A stretch of 19,488 nucleotides of DNA, from the NCBI GenBank assembly GCA_043803945.1, contig JAZDJN010000020.1:1-19488 (forward strand), read 5' to 3'. This DNA is from a bacterium (GTDB lineage Bacteria; Bacteroidota; Ignavibacteria; UBA10030). Below the pieces are notes generated by a model. That model did no database searches and was not told where the DNA came from. It saw only the letters and a list, made by a program, of their open reading frames with translations. A program made the position numbers and the translations under genes. Of this stretch, positions 15,227 through 19,488 are shown in pieces; position 1 is the first letter of the stretch, and every line of letters begins with the position of its first letter.

Positions 15227-16477
15227 ATGATGACAAATTGGATTGGATGGATGCTGAGCGCTATCGTGCTTCTTTTGCTCTTTGCGGTCGGAGCGATTCT
15301 ACAGAATCCGGTTCGCTTATTGATCACAGGAAAAAGAGCTGAAGGTATCGTAGTTGGTATGGCTACGTCGCCCGGATCTTCCGGAGAGGACTCGGTGCAA
15401 GCACCACTTGTTGAATTTGTTACGTCAACCGGGGAACGAGTCAGAGTCAGCGGTCGGGAATATGACGCATCGCCTTCAGCGCATGTGGGAGACGCGATCA
15501 CCGTAGCGTACGATCCATCATACCCCAAAGATGCACAGCTTCTCCTGTTGAAGGAATTCGTCATTGTTGGTGTTATCCTGGGCTTTATCGCATTCATCAT
15601 CTTACTGTGGATATCGGGCATTCTCATATCGGGGAATTCCGCATTGGACGATCCCTTCCACCTCCTTCCTGTTATCATTTCTCATTTACGCCTGAATCCA
15701 GTTCGTTTTCCTGTTCTCTTCCTATTATCGATTGTTATTCCTGTGTGCGGGATAGGGACGTATGTGTTTTCAAAACGAGCGCTCGACCTGCGCTTCAACG
15801 GCATCAAAACGGTTGGCCGCGTCATCGGGTATCAAACGAAGAGGAACAGCGACGATATGTTGACCAGTGATTATCCGGAGATCGCGTATGAAGATGTCTC
15901 CGGCACACAGCACACGATTCTGGGATCGTCGTCGAGCGGACCGCTCTCTTCTCCTCTGAAGACTGGCGACGTAGTGGAGGTCATTTATCTTGTGCGTCAT
16001 CCGAACGAGGCCATGGTGAACACCTGGGACGAGCTGTACCTCTATCCGCTTTTTTTTGGCTTCATGGAGATCGCGTTTCTCGTGCTGCTTGGTCTCGTGC
16101 TGAGCGGGTCCATTGCTCTCTCCACAAGCGAAACGGGAAGTCAGGAGAAACTCAAGACCTCCGGAGTTCCTGCAGTAGCTACTATGATTAAAGCGAATCC
16201 AGAAGCTCGGTTACTCCAGTTTCGAATCGACAGGGGAACCCGAATACCTAATGTAAATGCAGACGATTTTAATTCATTTGAGATCGAACGTTCTGACTGG
16301 AAACCATCTCAAGCCGAAGCGGGACTAAAAAAAGGTGATCAGTTTCGTGCGTATGTGGACCCACGGAATCCTGTAAAGAACTTCTACATCGATTTCAGCG
16401 ACAGGATCGGTAACGACCCGTTTGTCCAATCTCTGTGGGATGAGGATGAATCTATCGAGGATGAGAAGGAGAGATAG
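15227..16477 (+). CDS. Membrane protein with two DUF3592-like modules
   Basis: Two units of TM-G.rA.G.VVG...P.v.f.t.sG...VGD.v.V.Y.p..P.eA-TM, then an acidic C-terminus. ATG 15227/15230 is preferred to GTG 15134. Confidence 0.8.
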   Translation: MMTNWIGWMLSAIVLLLLFAVGAILQNPVRLLITGKRAEGIVVGMATSPGSSGEDSVQAPLVEFVTSTGERVRVSGREYDASPSAHVGDAITVAYDPSYPKDAQLLLLKEFVIVGVILGFIAFIILLWISGILISGNSALDDPFHLLPVIISHLRLNPVRFPVLFLLSIVIPVCGIGTYVFSKRALDLRFNGIKTVGRVIGYQTKRNSDDMLTSDYPEIAYEDVSGTQHTILGSSSSGPLSSPLKTGDVVEVIYLVRHPNEAMVNTWDELYLYPLFFGFMEIAFLVLLGLVLSGSIALSTSETGSQEKLKTSGVPAVATMIKANPEARLLQFRIDRGTRIPNVNADDFNSFEIERSDWKPSQAEAGLKKGDQFRAYVDPRNPVKNFYIDFSDRIGNDPFVQSLWDEDESIEDEKER

Positions 16478-16562
16478 TCGGCAAACTCCGAAATCTTGGT
16501 ACGACCATTGGCAGAACGCCGGCAATGCCGTTGTCTTGCTTAAAGTTTATATCTGATAACGG

Positions 16563-16650
16563 GCGAACGGCAGTAGTTATTTCTCTCCATGCACCACATT
16601 ATCAAATTACTATTCAAGTACCAGATACTCTTTCATCGCTTACCGATTGA
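16563..16650 (+). pseudogene. Diverged sensor kinase 3'-end remnant, copy 3
   Basis: Translates TAVVISLHAPHYQITIQVPDTLSSLTD* versus the kinase C-terminus TEVIISLPPPLYKISLPESDSRSSLTD*: same length and same SSLTD-stop. Confidence 0.7.
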
Positions 16651-16731
16651 TTTTCAATACCTACCGTTCACCTGTTAGTCTCTACCGAATACTTGTTAGC
16701 TGTTGTCGCGTCACTCCATTGTCTATAGATT
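16641..16731 (+). promoter_or_regulatory. LytTR-type boxes plus promoter, copy 3
   Basis: TACCGATTG (16641), TACCGTTCA (16662) and TACCGAATA (16683) at a 21-bp period, then CTTGTTAGCTG and -35 TTGTCG (16703), a 17-bp spacer, and -10 TAGATT (16726). Confidence 0.75.
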
Positions 16732-16763
16732 GAACATAACTCTAATACGGCAAATTGAAGATT

Positions 16764-17003
16764 ATGAAAAAGTTCATGGAAATATTTAAACCTAAGCAGT
16801 CCGATTCAGTGCCTCTTATCATCATAAAGAAGGATACGGATGATGCTGATATAAAAGAATACAGGTCAATTGAAGAAGCGATCGTCGACCTGGAAAACGA
16901 TGTGAATGTTCCTGCAGAGAAAATAGAAAAAATACGAACGTCTCTGAAACGATTGAAGAATAAGACTTCAATCAAGATTAGGAACGGTGAAATAATTAAA
17001 TGA
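16764..17003 (+). CDS. Small charged hypothetical protein (~79 aa)
   Basis: First ORF after promoter copy 3, with soluble helical composition. The start could be 16755, 16764 or 16776. Confidence 0.65.
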   Translation: MKKFMEIFKPKQSDSVPLIIIKKDTDDADIKEYRSIEEAIVDLENDVNVPAEKIEKIRTSLKRLKNKTSIKIRNGEIIK

Positions 17004-17104
17004 AATCAATGCTATCAAGAATAAGATTTAATGTGTTACAAGCTATTCTGACTTTCACGAATTCTATGGTTATCTCTATAAATAATTTACAATCGAGGGT
17101 ATGA
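17000..17104 (+). CDS. Possible 34-aa linker ORF
   Basis: MKSMLSRIRFNVLQAILTFTNSMVISINNLQSRV*, with ATGA overlaps to both neighbouring genes. Confidence 0.3.
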   Translation: MKSMLSRIRFNVLQAILTFTNSMVISINNLQSRV

Positions 17105-19488
17105 TGAAACAACTTTATACGGTGTCTATAATTCTTGCTTGCTTATTCTGTACCGCAAAGATATTCGCGCAAGCTTCTTTTTCACCTAAGACAGATTTTA
17201 TCGCCGGTATTAATCCTATTTCTGTTTCCATCCGAGATATTAATGGAGACGGAAAGCCCGATGTAGCTGCTGCGAACCTCGGTTCCAACACTGTATCAGT
17301 ATGGTTGAATACAACTTCTCCGGGAGCTTCTACTCCTTCTTTTTCGGCTAAAACAGATTTTACACCTATATCTCTCTATATTTCTCTTGGAGATATCAAC
17401 GGAGATGGAAAGCCGGATCTGGCAGTGGCAAACGGTATTCTCAACACGGTTTCAGTATTGTTGAATACTACAGCTTCGGGAGCTTCTACTCCAACATTTA
17501 CTGTGAAGACAGACTTTCCAACTGGTAGTAATTCTACCTATGTTTCAATTGGAGATATCAATGGAGACGGAAAGCCCGATCTGGCTGTGGTGAACACATC
17601 ATCTAGTTCTGTTTCGGTATTATTGAATACGACAATTACGGGTACATTTACTCCTACGTTTACGGCCAAAACAGATTTCTCTACCGGAAGTAATCCATAC
17701 TCAGTATCGCTTGGAGATATCAATGGAGATGGAAAGCCCGATCTGGCTGTGGCAAATGGTAATTCAAATACTGTTTCAGTATTCTTGAATACAACTTCTC
17801 CGGGAGCGTTAACCCCTACTTTTTCAACCAGAACAGATTTCACAACCGGAATTAATCCCACCTATCTTTCAATTGGAGATATCAACGGAGACGGAAAGTC
17901 AGATCTGATTGTGGCAAACCTGGTTTCAAATTCTGTTTCAGTCCTATTGAATTCTACAGCTCTCAATGCGTCTACCCCCTCTTTTCTTACGAAAACAGAT
18001 TTTTCAACTGTAAGTCAACCATCCTTTGCTTCGATTGGAGATATCGACGGAGACGGAAAACCCGATCTTATTGTTGCAAACGGCACTCCTTCTAATTCTG
18101 TTTCAGTATTGTTGAACACTACAACTACAGGAGCCTTGGTTCCTTCTTTTTCCGCAAGAACAGATTTTGCAACTGGAGATTATCCGCGTTCAATTTCGGC
18201 TGGAGATCTGAATGGAGATGGGAAATTGGATCTGGCGGTGGCGAACTTAAATTCGAATTCTATTTCAGTATTGTTGAATACCAGTAAGATTTCTGCACAA
18301 ACAGGTTCTATTTGCGGTGTGAAGTTCAACGATTTGAATGGCAATGGTGTAAGAGACAGAGATGAACCGGGACTTCCGGAGTGGCAGATGGATTTGAACA
18401 TTGCAACGATTCCGCCGGCGAGAACAGACAAGGATGGCAAGTATTGTTTCAACAACTTACCTGCCGGGACATATACGCTTACAGAAGTCATGCAAAGCGG
18501 TTGGCAGCAAACGGCGCCTTCCTCAGGCCGTTACACGGTAACGCTTGCAGCAGGACAGAACATTGACAGTCTCAACTTTGGCAATCAACGATCAGCCGCA
18601 CCGCCAGATACGTGTAACTATTTGGTCAATTCTGATTTCGAAGATAAACAAGTTGCCGCACTTGGAGGTCAACGGTTTATTAGTCAAGACTCAGTCCCGG
18701 GTTGGAAGACCACAGCATCAGACCATATCATAGAAGTATGGGGCAGCGGGTTTGGTGGAGTACCGGCATATTCAGGCAATCAGTTTATAGAACTCAATGC
18801 CACTATGGTCGGCACACTGTATCAAAGCTTTACCGCTATCCCAGGTCGTACGGTTACGGTTGCCTTTGCACGCAGAGGACGGGCAGGGTTTACCAACCAG
18901 ATGAGTGTCTCCATTAGACCTGTTAATGGTGTCGATAGTATTTTAGGAACATACACGAGTACGACTGTCTGGAAAAAGGATAGTGTCACCTACACATTTC
19001 CTAATACTACCGTAACAGCGTATGAGTTACGATTTATTTCTCTCCCCGTAGGTGGTACGGAAGCGGGCGGGAATTTTCTTGATGCGATAACTATAACGTG
19101 TGCAACACCTGCGCTTGGCTCTATATGCGGAGTGAAGTTCAACGACCTGAACGGTAACGGAGTGAGAGACAGAGATGAACCTGGACTTCCGGACTGGCAG
19201 ATGGATTTGAACATTGCATCGATTCCGCCGGTGAGAACAGACAAGGATGGCAAGTATTGTTTCAACAACTTACCTGCCGGGACGTACACGCTTACAGAAG
19301 TCATGCAAAGCGGTTGGCAGCAAACGGCACCTTCGTCAGGCCGCTACACGGTAACGCTTGCAGCAGGACAGAACATTGACAGCCTCAACTTTGGCAATCA
19401 ACGATCAGCCGCACCGCCAGATACGTGCAGCTATTTGATCAATTCTGATTTCGAAGATAAACAAGTTGCCGCACTTGGAGGTCAACGG
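17101..19488 (+). CDS. Large secreted adhesin-like protein with 7 FG-GAP/VCBS repeats and tandem SdrD-B-like / carbohydrate-binding-like modules; 3' end beyond the window
   Basis: Missing from the ORF track because no stop falls in the window. GAGGGT precedes MMKQLYTVSIILACLFCTAKIFA|QAS. It has seven GDINGDGKPDLAVAN-type repeats, two SdrD-B domains (GSICGVKFNDLNGNGVRDRDEPGL...TDKDGKYCFNNLPAGTYTLTEV) and a jelly-roll module (LVNSDFED...VPGWKTT...IEVW...GNQFIELNA...GNFLDAI). Confidence 0.93.
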   Translation, partial: MMKQLYTVSIILACLFCTAKIFAQASFSPKTDFIAGINPISVSIRDINGDGKPDVAAANLGSNTVSVWLNTTSPGASTPSFSAKTDFTPISLYISLGDINGDGKPDLAVANGILNTVSVLLNTTASGASTPTFTVKTDFPTGSNSTYVSIGDINGDGKPDLAVVNTSSSSVSVLLNTTITGTFTPTFTAKTDFSTGSNPYSVSLGDINGDGKPDLAVANGNSNTVSVFLNTTSPGALTPTFSTRTDFTTGINPTYLSIGDINGDGKSDLIVANLVSNSVSVLLNSTALNASTPSFLTKTDFSTVSQPSFASIGDIDGDGKPDLIVANGTPSNSVSVLLNTTTTGALVPSFSARTDFATGDYPRSISAGDLNGDGKLDLAVANLNSNSISVLLNTSKISAQTGSICGVKFNDLNGNGVRDRDEPGLPEWQMDLNIATIPPARTDKDGKYCFNNLPAGTYTLTEVMQSGWQQTAPSSGRYTVTLAAGQNIDSLNFGNQRSAAPPDTCNYLVNSDFEDKQVAALGGQRFISQDSVPGWKTTASDHIIEVWGSGFGGVPAYSGNQFIELNATMVGTLYQSFTAIPGRTVTVAFARRGRAGFTNQMSVSIRPVNGVDSILGTYTSTTVWKKDSVTYTFPNTTVTAYELRFISLPVGGTEAGGNFLDAITITCATPALGSICGVKFNDLNGNGVRDRDEPGLPDWQMDLNIASIPPVRTDKDGKYCFNNLPAGTYTLTEVMQSGWQQTAPSSGRYTVTLAAGQNIDSLNFGNQRSAAPPDTCSYLINSDFEDKQVAALGGQR
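17233..18285 (+). repeat. Seven intragenic FG-GAP repeats, period about 162 bp
   Basis: Motif starts at 17233, 17389, 17551, 17713, 17875, 18037 and 18202 (periods 156, 162, 162, 162, 162, 165). Confidence 0.9.
18304..19488 (+). repeat. Intragenic tandem duplication with an 813-bp unit (SdrD-B plus CBM-like)
   Basis: 18304-18675 versus 19117-19488 show 23 mismatches in 372 nt by manual count. The second unit is cut by the window end. Confidence 0.92.

Noticed and set aside
10384-16560. A complete integron or multi-cassette attC array
   Set aside because: There is no tyrosine recombinase, and I found only one partial attC. The other genes lack RYYYAAC...GTTRRRY flanks.
907-16975. Other short antisense or alternative-frame ORFs in the track (e.g. 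907..1176, 2718..3134, 10500..10763, 15169..15678)
   Set aside because: They overlap well-supported genes and show no recognisable motifs.
17233-18285. Regular ~162-bp repeats as a possible CRISPR array
   Set aside because: The units are in-frame, degenerate at third codon positions and encode FG-GAP motifs. There are no unique spacers and no cas genes.
17538-19304. Minus-strand ORFs 17538..17861, 18180..18491 and 18990..19304, and short alternative-frame plus-strand ORFs
   Set aside because: They are shadows of the long plus-strand adhesin frame; their mutual similarity mirrors its repeats.
13856-19488. A complete DGR (reverse transcriptase, Avd, template repeat) in the window
   Set aside because: No RT motifs and no second AAC-rich copy of the FISUMP 3' end were seen.

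Overview
A bacterial accessory region of roughly 40% GC with every credible gene on the + strand. It is probably from the Bacteroidota/Ignavibacteria (FCB) lineage; this is inferred from signal peptides followed by Gln, a propeller-Y_Y_Y sensor kinase and a FISUMP protein. In order it contains: the end of a secreted/membrane-anchored protein, a nested REP/MITE intergenic element, a secreted caspase-like (peptidase C14) protein, a GT4 glycosyltransferase and GH130 pair, a small Lys-rich peptide, a CsbD remnant, a LytTR regulator and LytS-type sensor kinase, then a mosaic array of mostly secreted or membrane proteins ending in a large FG-GAP/SdrD-B adhesin that runs off the window. Four points stand out. 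(1) A ~190-bp module made of the kinase 3' tail, 21-bp-phased LytTR-type boxes and a promoter occurs three times, each time ahead of different cargo. (2) A GC-rich integron-type gene cassette with half an attC site sits directly behind the first copy. (3) The FISUMP gene ends in a segment with the codon signature of a diversity-generating retroelement (DGR) variable region, with no RT or template repeat in the window. (4) A single base (ACGA instead of ATGA) appears to remove both the GT4 stop and the GH130 start. All calls come from reading the sequence; no searches were run.
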